Shown: positions 45,301-58,601 of the stretch, in pieces
Position numbering within the stretch: the stretch's first letter is position 1
Layout: every line of letters begins with the position of its first letter
Translations under genes and position numbers: made by a program
Assembly (NCBI GenBank): GCA_904063045.1
Contig: CAJFCJ010000006.1
Span: 1,059,771-1,123,770, forward strand
Source of the DNA: Dimorphilus gyrociliatus
Taxonomy: Eukaryota > Animalia > Annelida
Length of the DNA stretch: 64,000 bases
Reading direction: 5' to 3'
Notes under the pieces: model-generated
What the model was told of the DNA's origin: nothing
The model's database searches: none
Seen by the model: the letters and a program-made list of their open reading frames with translations, nothing else

Positions 45301-48300
45301 CATATGATATAGATTTTTTCTTTAGTTCGTCGTTTTCATTAGTAAATTCTTGTATGATTTTATCAAAATCAGCGTCTTCAAAAGATTTTACCTTAGCCGT
45401 TAGACGATCATTTTCTTCCCTTATTTGTTCATAAGTAGTTCTAAAAGTTTCGTTTTGTTCAGTTAACCCTTTGATAACTTGATCATAATTGGAAGCTTCG
45501 TATAATTCTAGTCTAGATTTAAGTTGATCATTTTCCTCCTTTATCTTCTCGACCCTACTCTGGAATGCTTCAATTCGATTTTTCAGGTCTTGATTAACGT
45601 TCTCCAAATTAGCATCTTCATAAAATTTTATTCTCTCTATTAGATTTCTATGTTCTTCCGCAATTCTTTCCAACTCATTTTTGTAGTTGTTATTTGATTG
45701 TGTTATCTCTTTGATAACTTGATCAAAATTTGCAGCTTCATAAGATTCAATTTTCGATACCAAAATACTATTTTCATTATTTACTCTTTCTATATTATCT
45801 TTAAATTTTTCATTCTGCTCTGTTAATTCTTTGATAATTTGCTCAAAATTAGCAGATTCGAATGAATGTATTTTGTTATTTAGTTGACTATTCTCTTCCT
45901 CCATTTTACCTAAATTAATCACAAATAATTCATTCTGTTCTGTCAAATCTCTGATAGTTTTATCAAAGTTGGATGCTTCGTGCTCATCCATTTTAGATTT
46001 TAGGTATCTATTCTGTTCGCTAATTGTTTGTATTGTATCCTTTAAATTTTCATCGTCCTTTTCAATAATATTTAATTTTTCCTCTTTTTCCGCTAAAGTA
46101 GTTTGCAGTTCATGAATTTTATTATTTAATAGCTGATTATCAGACTCCAGATGGTTAATTTCTTTAATTAACATATCTTTCTCTTGTCTAATTTCATTTA
46201 ATGATTGATTATGACCCAACAAATTTTCCTCAAAAGCTTGATTTCGTTCAGTTAACATACTCTCCAGTTCGTTTAATTTCATTGAAATTTCCATAATTTT
46301 CCTATCCTTTTCAGACGATTCTTTAGTTTCATTTTCAAGTTTATTGTATATTGTATCATAATCATTACACTTCTCATTCAGAGTGCTCTTTAACGTTTTT
46401 AATTCGTTTTTCGTTGATTCTTTCTCTGATTCTTTGTCTATTAGCTGACTATTAGCTATCGATAATTTATCATTTAAGCTATGATATTCAATATTAAAAT
46501 TCTCTTGAGCTTTTGTAAGATCACAGTATACTTTTTCAACTTGTTTGTGCAGATTATCATTTTCATTACGTAAATCATTAATAATCTTTTGAAGATTATT
46601 CGATTCACCAGAAAGGGATAATGTTGATTCTTCGTTATATTTAATTAATCGTTCGATTTCACTTTTGAGATTACCATTTTCTGTTAAAGCTCTTTCCAGA
46701 TCGATATTCAATGCAGTTTTTTCGTCGCTTACATTTGCTAATTGAGAGATAATATTATTTTTTTCCAATTCAACAGCATTGAATTTTTCAACCAATATTA
46801 TATTTTCCTGATTAATTTTCAATATTTTATCTTCCAAATTTGTTTTACATCCGTTAAATTCCATTTTACTTTCTTCTAAACTCTTTTCAAGTTGATCATT
46901 TTTCTCCTTAAGTTCGAGGTTTGCAGTTTTCATTTCTTCCAAAAGAGTTTTAGAGGAATCTAAATCGTTGACCAATTGATTTCTTTTGGTTTCGCTATCA
47001 TTTAATTTGTTGATCCAAGAATTTTCTTCGTGAATTCTGTCACTTTTCAGCTTTTCTATTTCTAAAGAAAGTTCTTTATTCTTATTGTCAAACGTATTCA
47101 GGGAGAGACAGTATTCTTCATTTTCCTTCTTGAGTTCTTCAGTTTTCTTAATTAGCTCATTGATTTCATCATTTTTAGTATTTAATTGTGCTTGCATAAA
47201 ATTATTCGAACTTTGAAGGTCACTAAGGGAAACGTTTATTGCATCACATTGTTGATTTAATTCAATATTCCTAGAACTATTTTCAGCTAAATCCCGTTGA
47301 AAGCACGCGGTCATTTCTTTCAAAGTTGAATTCTCTTTATTTAAATCCCCTACAAGATTTGTGACTGAAGAGACGTTCGTAACCAATTTGGCTCTCTCTT
47401 CTTCTAAAGTACCTATTTTATTTTTAAAGCAGATTTCAACTTCATTCTTTTCCGTTATTAATTGCAGTTTTTCATCTTTTAAAGAATTAATTAAATTATC
47501 TGAATTTTTTATTCTATTAAGTAAATCTTCAATTTCGCTATTCTTTTCGTTTAGGCTACTTCTTAATTCTGTATTTAAATTATTTAATGCAGATATAGTT
47601 GAAGTTGCTTCCTCTAATTGCTGTTTGAGACAATCAATATTTTCAGTGGCAGTATTCATTGATGATATAGCGTTATCACGTTCAAACGTTAGACTAGACA
47701 TTGCTAATTGAAATGTTTCTATTTTGGAATTTTGTTGTTTAAATTGATTTTCAATATCACTTTGATAATCCTTTAAACTTTTTAATTCTACAGATAACTT
47801 ATTACAATAATCATCCTTCTCCATAACGTAATTTTCCAGTTCGTTATCTAAAAATTATTAATGATTTTAATAAAAAGAAGGAGAATTGAACATTTAAAAA
47901 TACATACATTTTAAGCATTTTTCACAAGTTGTCGTAACTTCCCCATTATGAACCTTTAAAAAAAAGTAAATATATCTATATATTATAACATTGGATTATA
48001 AATTCTATGAACTAAAATTTTGTTTAAAATCAATTCCTAAAACTGTTGAAAACTAATCGAATAGCGAGTATCAGTCATCTGGCAATAGATCTCCTATTTT
48101 AAGACTATATATAGCAGAAATTAGCAGATGTTTTGCTTTATCTTGGAAAAATATATAAAGTAGGAGTAGTTTCTCATATTGATTAGTAAAGCCTCGTGTC
48201 TATATAAAATATTTATAAACACACCTTTTCCTTAAATTCATTTAATTGATCTATTAAATTAGTGTTGGCTGAACGTAGTTCATTCATTTCTTTTTGATGT

Positions 48301-49388
48301 CGATCCATTGATTCTACAAATTTTGCAATGTATTCATCTTTGTTTGTAAGAGCTTTACTCAATAATTCTATTTCTTCTTTATCGGATTGTAATATTTCTT
48401 CTTTTTGAGCAAGGTCTCGGGAGATTTCGGCATTCTACCAACAAGAATATAGAAAAGATAATATTAAAAACTTACAACAGTTTTAAATAAATTTGACAAA
48501 CCTGTGTCTGGAGTAAATTTTTATCATTTTGCAATTGAATAATACGAGCTTTTGCATCTCGAAGTGCTTGTGTTGAAATTGTGGGATCAAACCCTTGGGT
48601 GGATAGCACATTATCGGCCTGAGTTAATTGAGCTTGTAGTTCGTGAATTTGACCAACTAATTGATCTGCTTGTTTAGAGTAATCATCCTATATTAAAAAT
48701 AAGTTTTTCTTTATTTACATAAGATTGTTTTCGATAAATTTCAAGAGTATACTTGTAAATCTTTCTTAGAGCTGCTTAAGGAATGTATTTCACTATTTAA
48801 CCTTGTTATAATCTCATCTTTTTCCCTTATAGCTTCTTCGTAGCTGTCATCCTACAGATTTAAAATATATTTATTTGCTCAATCTTTAATAGGAAGTATT
48901 AGTATGAATCTTTATTACATATCATCATAAATGTAAAAACTCAATACTTACATCTAAGCCACATCTGTCATCCAATAGCCTAGACTTTAATGTTTCGGTT
49001 TCTCGAACAAGATTACGAATAGCTAAATCTTTACCGTTCAAGTCTTCCTCTAGCTCCAAAATTTTCTTCCTCGCAGCTTTTAATCGTGTCCTTTCGAAGG
49101 CAATTTCAGCTGTTTGATCATTTTCGTTGCTCTCATAATCGTCGCTTGAATGTGAAGGTAATGAAGAGTCATCACTGAATGAACTTAGTTCTGTAGACAA
49201 CTCAGAATCTGGTGTTTCGGCTGAATCAGGTCTATCCTTATGTTTTTTCTTGGCTCTTTTCAGTTTGAATGCCGCCAACTAGCGTGATAGCAATAAAAAA
49301 GTTTAACAAAGCTGATCAACGTGAAAATGGGGGAGATTACCTTTTCCCTTCCCGCTTGAAGCTTTAATAAACGTTCGTCAGTATTCAT
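33321..49388 (-). CDS. Giant (~5,099 aa) coiled-coil protein with an AKAP9/pericentrin-like N-terminus, 9 exons (49388-49341, 49278-48952, 48851-48753, 48687-48502, 48434-48225, 47953-47908, 47847-38405, 38330-38271, 38201-33321)
   Basis: All eight introns are GT-AG and frame-consistent. It starts MNTDERLLKLQAGREKLAAFKLKRAKKK, is E/K/L/N/Q-rich with heptad character throughout, and ends with TAG TGA. Confidence 0.8.
43790..45210 (-). repeat. Coding degenerate repeat (~9 units, mostly 46-53 aa) with core LQ[ED]LN[NK]SLLEKL
   Basis: The + strand core gagaatt(a/g)tt.....cctg recurs near 43801, 44101, 44415, 44575, 44722, 44881, 45040 and 45178. Confidence 0.8.
45330..45985 (-). repeat. Coding 120-bp (40-aa) tandem repeat, ~5.5-6 units, consensus E-x-[AS]-N-F-D-Q-x-I-K-E-L-T-E-Q-N-E
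   Basis: Unit anchors sit exactly 120 nt apart at 45361, 45481, 45601, 45721, 45841 and 45961. Confidence 0.85.
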
Positions 49389-50987
49389 CTTGTTGTATTA
49401 TCACTGAATTTCATATAAAATCCGATGAAATACGGATTTTTTGAGCTACTGTCACGCACTTCCGGTATAAACACACATTACCAGTTTTCAATGAAATTTT
49501 TACAACAGGAGACTATTGTTATTCAAGTTTACTAAACCTAAACTTCCAAAAGTCCTTTCAATTTTGAGTAATCAATTATTTTTAGGCTAAAATCGGGCCA
49601 AAAAAAACCTAAAAAATATATTCCAAATATAATATGTATTAATAGATTTATCTTGGACAAAAATAGCTATAAGAACATTTTTGTTGTATATCTTATTCAA
49701 TAATATTCTATATCTATTAAATTCTTTAAATGTTAAGAATCGCATATATGTTTAATTAATACCCCTCTTCTAGTTTTTTTAATAATAGATTGTAAACAAA
49801 ATAGCCTAATCAATTCAAGTTTTATTGGTAATTTTTAAATTTATAAACACCAAAACAAAGATAAGATAATGGAAGAAAATCTTTTATACGTAAGATTTAT
49901 CAACTATAGTAATCTTATAAATAAAAGAATTAAGATAAAGAGCTTATTTTTTCTTGCTCTAGAATAAATATTGCTAGAATGTAAATAATGTGAAAACTAA
50001 AAATAGAAGCCTCAATATAAAAGAAGATTCCATTCAATTTGGGCTAGAAAAAGGTTTTTCAAATATAACAATAAAAAAGTAGATTTTCTCTAGCAATTTA
50101 CAATCATTTTCGGACTTATTTATCCTTTTATTTTTAGTATTTATTTCAAAGAAAACATATTATAATAGAACATTATAAAAGCAATGTTCTTTGTTCGTAG
50201 AAATAATAAAAGAATACAGTTAATCAAGTACTATACTAGAATTATTTTACAATCTTATGCATTTATGACTACTTAAATATAAATACTTATAATCTATAAG
50301 AATTATCTTTCTTATTAATTTGGAATATATTAATAATTAGTTTTATTCAGAATTAGTTTTACTTGTTGTTGTCCACTAAATAGGACAAAATCCGAAAAAA
50401 CAATTGAAAATCTATAGTTCTCGTTCATTGTATAATGTATGTGAATATATACCATGTAATTTTTTATATTAGTGTTAAATACTTTTTACCACGCTTTGGT
50501 CAAATCGTAGCTGCTTTTAATAGTTAAATCTTAATGAATATCCTTCGAACATTATTCTAGTATAGAGAAAAAATTTCAGAGTACAAAAAGGCATTGACAA
50601 CAAACTTCAAATTATTGCTATGCTATTGTAAAGAAATGCTGTAAACTAATCAGATTATTTTATACTTTTCGGTGGTAAATTACCAAAGTATATTAATATA
50701 TTAAAAAAAAAATAAATAATTGGAAACTATAAGTTTTGATGAAGCTTTTAGAAAAGTAAGTTGTCAAATATATAAATGCTTGTCAAAGAACTTTTGTCCA
50801 TAATACGTCTGAAAATTCATAGTATATAAAAAATGAGATTTTAGCCATATGATAATAATAATTGTCAAAATTGTTAAATACTTAACAAATTTTAAAGCTT
50901 AAAATTAACAAAATCAAGTTAACAATATAATATGAAAATATATCAAAAAGAAATAATTGTTTTTTCTTTTTGGATATTTTTTTCTGT

Positions 50988-53900
50988 TTAAAAAACGAAT
51001 CTATTAGATTCTCCAATATTCCATTCACCGCCACCACCTCCGCCGCATGATCCTGGTGGATTTCTATCGTCTTTATCCCAGCGCTTTGATTTATAAAACC
51101 TACCATTGTTTTGCTCTTTTTCTGTGCTTTCCTCCTGTATGCAAAAAGAAGTAGTTAAATCATGTCGTGAATCAAGAATATAACTTACAGCTTTCATAAT
51201 AATGTGTTTAAACTTGGAATACAAGCGGTTGTAGGTCGCCTCATTCATTTCTTCGTCATTAATAGAACCTTCCAAGACGTAAACCAAAACGTATGCACTC
51301 TCTTCTCGTATTCTTTTGGTTACAGTCTTGAGACAATCAAAGTCAGTTTCTCTGACGACAGCGTCGTTAAATAATATCCATTGATCAGACTCACGAGCAT
51401 AGGTATAGTAGTGTCCATGACTTAAAGAATAACCATGATGAAATATAACGGCATTTAAATGATATTTATCACCGTTATTCGAAGGTGATGGTATTATATA
51501 TGGATATGTGACATTAGTTCGAATCTTTTCACTGTTTCCTCCAATCGATCGATATCTGCCAAGTGTTAGGATTAAGTATTCACCAACTTTGGTAATTTTC
51601 TGTGATCGTTCAGCGTCTTGCTTGCTATTACAAACATCACATTCATACTGACACTCCCCACTAAGATTTTCAGGAGCTCTCCAATGAGAGAATAGAGTTT
51701 CGAGAGATAAATCTTCAAGTTCGTTACATTTAGGAAATGAAAGATTTAATACTTTGAAAGGCTGTTTCGTAACCGAAACATTTAAACAATTTAAGCACTT
51801 CATAAAAAAAGACATTTCTCCAGTGAATAATCTATCAATAACTTTATCTTTCGTTGCTGATTTTTCATCCAACTGATCCAGTAAATAACTTAAATATTCA
51901 TAGCAATCTTGCTGGGTCAGTAGTGCTTTTCCCTTACTATCCCTGACCCACGGTGGTACCGATGCATTTATAAAATCCAGAGCGCTAACTACTGATTTCT
52001 GCAAAGGATTTTTTTTTTGCATTATAGAAGTACAGTCCTTGTTAAGGGAGTAAATTACTTACTCTAGCAAAAGTCAATATGGCGAAAAGGTTCTGTAATT
52101 CCCTAAATTCAGATTCTTCAACCGAGATATGAGCACTTAGAACATTATTTCTAAAACTAAAACATTAATTTTAGTCATTTTCAATATACAGTTGTAAATA
52201 AATGAAGATATTTACATTTTACACATATAAAGAGCTTGAATCACGCAGTTTATATAACAAGTGTTTCCTTCGTTTATCAATCCAATTTTTCGAAGAGTTC
52301 CCCTACGACTGTCGTTAGTATTGGAAGAGCTAATTATTCCCTCTCGTATATCATCGGTGAGTAGGGCTTTACAATTGTCTTTGTAGCTTTGCAATATTAA
52401 GTCGTTTGGCTTGGAAATTCCTAAACTCTGATTAGATTAATTATAAAAATATATTTATAGTTTTTGTTGAAGATTTATGCCTCCTCACTTTTAATGTATC
52501 ACTAATGGGTAAGTATAAATCAGGAAAACCAGAATAGATATGCATTAGCCCATAGATTATATTGGCAACATTCCTTAGTGTTTCTTTATCACCGTTCTTA
52601 TTTAATTTTTCTATTAAAATGATAAAATCATCCAACAGCTGAAAAATGTCATACATATAGAGAGTTAACCATTCAAAAAATTTCTATCTTACAGAATGGA
52701 AAACAGTTGGTAAAGGCTGTACATATCGTAACAACATATGTTCTAGAACTTTACAAGAACTTGTTCTTGTATTTGGATCCTTTATTAAAGATAGTACCTG
52801 AAAATTAGGATCGAATTTATTATATCATTTACCATAAAAAAACATTATTATAATTACAAATTTTGCTTTTATAGCAATGCACTCCAGTAGGACTAGATGC
52901 CTTGATGATCGTTCAAGTGTAACTAATACAGATGATATTAAACGATCGATATTTTTGGTGATGGGCCAACGTAGCCATTCGATTATCTTTTCCAGCACCT
53001 GAAGTTTTAAAAAAAACGTATTCAAAATTTCATAAAATAAAAAGAATGCTTTTACTTTGAAAAGAGCTGTATCGCTTCCGTCGAATTTACAGATGTATTC
53101 ACTAGACTTTTCAATATAATTTGTGGGTACATTAGAGATTAATCCAGCATGGGCAAATGATGAGTCGTCATTTTCATTCTCTTGACATAAAAACCTGAAT
53201 ATCGTTTGTAAACTGACATACAGGCTATTACTATCCGCTTTCCATATTATCTATAAAAATTGTTCTTACTTTTTATATCGACATGAACGGAAAACGTTTA
53301 TGATAAATTATACCTTCATTAATCTACCAATATCGTTCGTAACTTTGGAGGCAAAGCTTCTTAAAATTGCAGGATCATTGATATCCGGTAAAGTAACTTT
53401 TGATACACTTTTCACTATGTATATACAAAATATAACATTTTTTCCTTTGCATAGAGCTAGCTCCGGTAAATCAATCATCATTCGGCAAATATTAGCTAAA
53501 AGATCCAGCTAAAAGAAAAGATAATTAGAAACAATAATAGGAAGTTGCAATGTTGGACTGTTACATTATTTTCTGAGGCTAGTATTTCTGAAAATTTCGA
53601 ATGAAATATTCCTGTGAAATACTGAAAAGTTGATGTTTCTCGAATTAGAATAGCACTCTGATGAGCAATCCATATTATATTAATTGGGGTTGATATATAG
53701 GTGCCATTAAATAGTGCCTGAAAATTGTTACTTTTAAGTTTACAAATAAAAGAATATTAAAGTAAATCATTTTTTCAACCTACATCTATTTTGTTTTCAT
53801 CAAAAAAAGTATAGAACGCTTGTGGATTGTTTTTTGCCCAAGATACATAGACCTCTTTGCAATCTTCCGTTTCAAAAGTAGTCATTCCTTGCAGAATTGC

Positions 53901-54044
53901 ATCCCAGCATACAGCCAATACTTTCATTACTTCACCCTCGCTATGTTTTTGAGCACCCGCAGGGGCGATTTTTTTCTTAATAATATTGACTTTCAGCTTC
54001 TCATTGTGGTTACTTTTAATAAGTCCGCTTAAAATTTGGTCCAT
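50988..54044 (-). CDS. USP38: Ubiquitin carboxyl-terminal hydrolase USP35/38 family, multi-exon
   Basis: N-terminus MDQILSGLIKSNH (cf. MDKILEGLVSSSH); Cys box GLINEGNTCYINCVIQAL; QQDCYEYL; His box YHLNAVIFHHGYSLSHGHYYTYAR..WILFND; Gly-rich C-terminus ending NRFVF*. Confidence 0.9.
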
Positions 54045-54773
54045 ACTTCTAAACGGAATTAAAGAATGCTCGAATTAATGTTCAGAATCTAACATTAATT
54101 CAACTTACGTTACTGAATGTTCGGAATATATTCCACAAACAATTAAATTCCCTAATTTAGAACGAGAAATTGGCATCCTGCAACAAATTAGATATTGTCA
54201 TTTTTGTTATGATTTGCTCTATTGTGCACAGAATATTCCCACTTTCTACCAGTTTATTTTACAGAATAAATACTTACCGTTTCTAAAAAAAAAACTGGAC
54301 TGTGAGGACATTCTCCAACAAATTACATCAAAATATTCGACAAATTTTACAAAAACTAACTTTTTGGAATTATTTTTTTGTTCTTTGTTTGAAAAATTCG
54401 GTTTTACTTCTAATTTATGTGTTTTTCAATAACGACCTACGAAGAAAGTATAATTAAGAAAGGAATATGTACAAAAATTATTAATATGACATATTTTTTT
54501 CAATTTACACACTGATTAAAATTATGCAATAAATTTTTAGGAATGCTTTTTATAAGCGATTTGTTCACTTTTTTCATAACTTCTACAAAACAATCTCAAG
54601 AAACAAAAGTGAAGATTATTCCAGATCGCTACCTTCAAGATGTAGTTTTTATTTATAGAAATGTATTAATCTTTTCTTGTAACAATAAACTTCCTGCTGA
54701 AAACTGAACAAATGCAATTAATTCGAAACCTATTCATGTTATTCCTTCTAGACAATATATTTAGAAAATTGTT

Positions 54774-56620
54774 TTATTCAGGTTCATAGTCTGACGGTGG
54801 AGCAGCTGCAATAAACGGTGAAGGTGTGATTTCGTCTTCGAGTAAATTATTATTAGAGTCTTCTGAATCTGAGTCTGTGTAGTTGGATGAGTCAGAGCTA
54901 CCTTCGGACGAAGACGAGTAACTAGAACTAGAGGAAGGAGAAGAAACTTTTGGTGTTGTGTGAAGGGATTGACTCCAATGAGGTGTGTTGCGGGGAGTGT
55001 CAGCTTTAGTAAATAACTGCATTTCTCTGCGAAATCCTTTAGAATGGTTATATGGAACAGCTAAATGTTCACATTTTGTAAATCCTACATCTTGCAGTAA
55101 GAAATCAGTGAATTGATCAGGTTTGAAGGTAATGGAGTTGTATGTGCTAGATATTTCATCCTATTCAAATACAAAAGAAAATTAAATGTGTTAGATCGGC
55201 ATACGGTAAATACTTACAGTTAGCTTCTTCTTTCTTTTATATGATGGCCAAGCTTGGGGTTCAAGAATCAATAAACCACCAGGACGCAATTGTTTAAACA
55301 TTCGCCTGAAAGTTCTTTTTAGACCCATGTCGCCATTGTTCAAGTGAATCCACTTGGTTAGAGACAGAGCTAAAATCACATCATATTCCTCTGTTTGAAT
55401 ATCTACGGAGACGTCGTCTTCTGGCACGTAATTGGAGCAGACAAATGTTACATTGTTCGGAAAGTCATTTCCACCCTTTTCTTTGTGTCCAAGTAAAGGA
55501 GCTGCAAGAGGACCATAGTAAATCATAGAAATCGGAAACCGACTAGGTCTTCTATTATGCATTGTCTCACTAAGGTAATGCCGGACGTTTCGACGGGCTG
55601 TATTTATTAATTTTTCATCAATATCCATTCCTACTATTCTTTTTGGTTGATAAGAAGACGCGACGGCAAGGGTAAAGTTTCCAACGTTACAACCAATGTC
55701 TAGAATATCCTTATTCTCAATCCATTCCCTCTTTATGCAGTCTAATCTATAATCGTGCTCTCCTCTGGGATTTCTATAACCGTAATATGATGTATAATTA
55801 CCAAATATATACTTTTTTCTTGAATCATGTTCTCTGTAAATCTTGTTTGTTGACTGCCTTAATGAATGACTCATTAAATTACTGCGACGAACCTTTCGTT
55901 TAATAACAGGAGATATTTTTTCTGTAGCACCTTCACCAGTACTTCTTCTTCGTCTTTTTGAACGTAAAATGACGTCTTGCGGTATTGCAGGAGATACTAT
56001 TTCATCAATACTTCTTTTTTTTTTAGTTTTCGATTTCTTTTTCTCTTTGTTCGAAGATTTACGTTTTTTCTTCTTTTTCTTTTTCGGTAATTCCTCAACT
56101 TCTATTTCTTCGCCTGTATTTAGATTAAGAGGATCTGTGGAATTCTTTGGAATTCTGACATTAACATCCAGCTTATGCGGTGGTACAGGAACTGGTGAAC
56201 ACTGTGGAGTAGGTTCGAGTGTTTGATCTCTCTGGCCAATTTCTTGTAAATTAAGAGGATCGGTGATATTGCCACCAAGTAAAAATTTGTTGGGAAGAAT
56301 TATTGTTCGCGTTCGATGAACAAACATTTTCTTTTTAGCTGGTATCCCTGCCTTTTCTGTTCTATGATCAGCAAATATACGCTTTCTAGTTTTTTTCTTC
56401 TCCGATAGTTTTTTCTTGTCTTCGACACTAGTGCCATCTTTTGCCAAATCTGTTAACATTACGTATGAGCATATTCCTTTAAATTAAAAAATAAATTTTT
56501 ACTAATTCGTATTTTTTTTTGAACTGATTGTATTAAAAGTACTTTCATAAGTAATTTTAGTAACTTTTAAGATATTTGGTACGATAGGAACCACTACAAA
56601 CCTTTTGCTTTATCCTCCAT
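54774..56620 (-). CDS. MEPCE: 7SK snRNA methylphosphate capping enzyme (Bin3); probable mini exon 1 at 56620-56602 (alternative start 56459)
   Basis: FLLGGNITDPLNL, YIFGNYTSYYGYRN, SAM motif ILDIGCNVG, GMDIDEKLI and YDVILALSLTKWIHLNNGDMGLKRTFRR..LRPGGLLILEPQAW, followed by an intron and a Ser/acidic tail. Confidence 0.93.
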
Positions 56621-56663
56621 ATATCCGCAGTCGATGCGAAGTCGAAATGTCGAGTGCAACCGT

Positions 56664-56675
56664 TGCGCATGCGCT
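56664..56675. promoter_or_regulatory. NRF1-type motif TGCGCATGCGCT ~45 nt upstream of the probable MEPCE start
   Basis: 11/12 match to TGCGCATGCGCA in a locally CpG-rich patch at the 5' end of MEPCE. Confidence 0.55.
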
Positions 56676-57245
56676 CAACGTTCTCGGCCAGAATGCTTTG
56701 TCGACTAGAAAATATATTGAAAATAGCCACATTTTAATTAAATTTTCGACTCGCGAACATATATACAAATCTATATTTTCTTTTCAACAGTATAAGTATT
56801 CATTCTTACGAAAATTAAATTCTAGAAAAGGTGATAGGGAACCGGAGCCAGATCATAGTTAAATAGACTTTCAAAATGTAAGTTTGCCATTAAATGATTT
56901 ACTGGCCTACAACTGGGATGATATAATTATTTTTGAAAGTGGGTAAGAATCAGAACACTATTAGAATACTTTCAATAACTATATAATTACTAAAGTGATT
57001 TGTTAATAAGCTGATAGTTGTCTTACGTTCTATTTTTAAATCTATAAAGAAAATAAAGGGTTCACTACAACAGATAATAGAAAATATATCAAGATTGAAA
57101 AATAATCAATAAGATTCCTTGAATAGTTTCAAGTGTATTAATATTATGTTAACAAAGGGGAAAATGGAAGATAAACGAATAAGCATCATCTTTTAACAAC
57201 CGAAAATTGATACATATTATAAATCAATTAGCAACTTTCTCTTTG

Positions 57246-58601
57246 TTATTTCATCTTACCGGATTTACATGGAGTTACTAATTGATTAAACGATGCAGGT
57301 TGATAGAGATTCTCTGCGTCTGACGCCTTCCTCAGCCATAAATAAGAGCCTGTGTATTGAAAAGCCACACATATCCATGATAATACGAATGACCAGCCGT
57401 AGTAATCATGCCTTGATTTCTGTAAATAAATCAAATTATTCTCTTGTAGAATTGACTATAGTTTACAATTAATTACCATGATATTGCAAAGACAAATATA
57501 TAATTACAAATTATATTAATAGCGCAAGCAGTTACAAACCTCTAAAATATCCATAAGAGGGGCAGCAGATACTTCATGCTCTTCCCCTAATAATTCTCTA
57601 CGTTTTATCAGATGACATTTAATATGAAAAAATGCGATGGTGAGTGTGAGCGAGAAAGCTAAAAAATTATTTTATTGTTGGAGAAAGGCTGTTCATAATA
57701 TGAATATAGCAAACTTTACCAGAAATAAGAGTTGATGCTGATGCAAGTGTTAGGGCGTTCCTACTCATAGACAAAGCGGCATAGGCTCCGCCAATACTTC
57801 CCGCCCATGACGTGGCGATGGACAAAATAGCTAATAAAAAGGCTATTATTTCCAGATCTGATAAAAGGAATAAATGTCAAACTTGGGAATTCGATAGATG
57901 GCGTATTCTAAGTTTAGTATAAAAGCTAGCTTATCTAAGGCTTGTCCTGCAAAAAAATCTATCGAATAGAATATCAAGATTATCTTTAAAAAACGCAATT
58001 CGTTTCATCCCCTTGAGCTTGTTTTTTTAAGCGATATCTATTAATACTTACAAATTATAAATGGTAATTCTTTTTTAATGTAGTCTTGTTCTCCTCGAGC
58101 TTCGATAACAAAAACTGTACAACTTTTTTCTCGTAGGCCTAATCTCTTTCGGACAGCGACTATAAACAATTGAACAAGTTAGAATCAATAGTCAATCATC
58201 TGAAATAAATACAAACTTTCTAGATTATCACAATCTTTATATAAATTTCCATATTGGGAAAAGACAACAATATCGAGCTCGATACGTCTTGTCGTATTGT
58301 AGAAAGGTTCGAAAAGTTCGTAGATTATGACGGGTGGTTGGTAAACTGATACCCTTCCTGTTAAACTTGGCAATTTCGTGTTTAATATGCTTCGATTATG
58401 AAAAGTCTTTCTAATTAACAAATAAGTTGATGTATCATGTGGCTTTATCAATTGAGTTTGATTAGATGATTCAATTAAATCTTCTATTTTTTCATTGTAA
58501 AATTCTCTATAGGACCAATAATTCGTGCAGATGGCAACAACAAGTAGGACACTCACATTTCCCGCGTATATGACAGTACTATAATCACACAGGTTCACCA
58601 T
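57246..58601 (-). CDS. PMP22/EMP/claudin-superfamily tetraspan membrane protein, ~5 exons
   Basis: TM1 is followed by TNYW, a long first loop with YGNLYKDC (GLW..C-like) and a second Cys, two central TM exons, and TM4 preceded by YGWSFVLSW. Confidence 0.75.

Noticed and set aside
37075-47711. Short ORFs overlapping the giant exons (e.g. 37075+, 37444+, 39492+, 41730+, 42330+, 44727+, 35195-, 47361-)
   Set aside because: These are antisense or alternative-frame shadows of the E/K/N-rich coding strand, S/F/L/I-rich with no domain signal.
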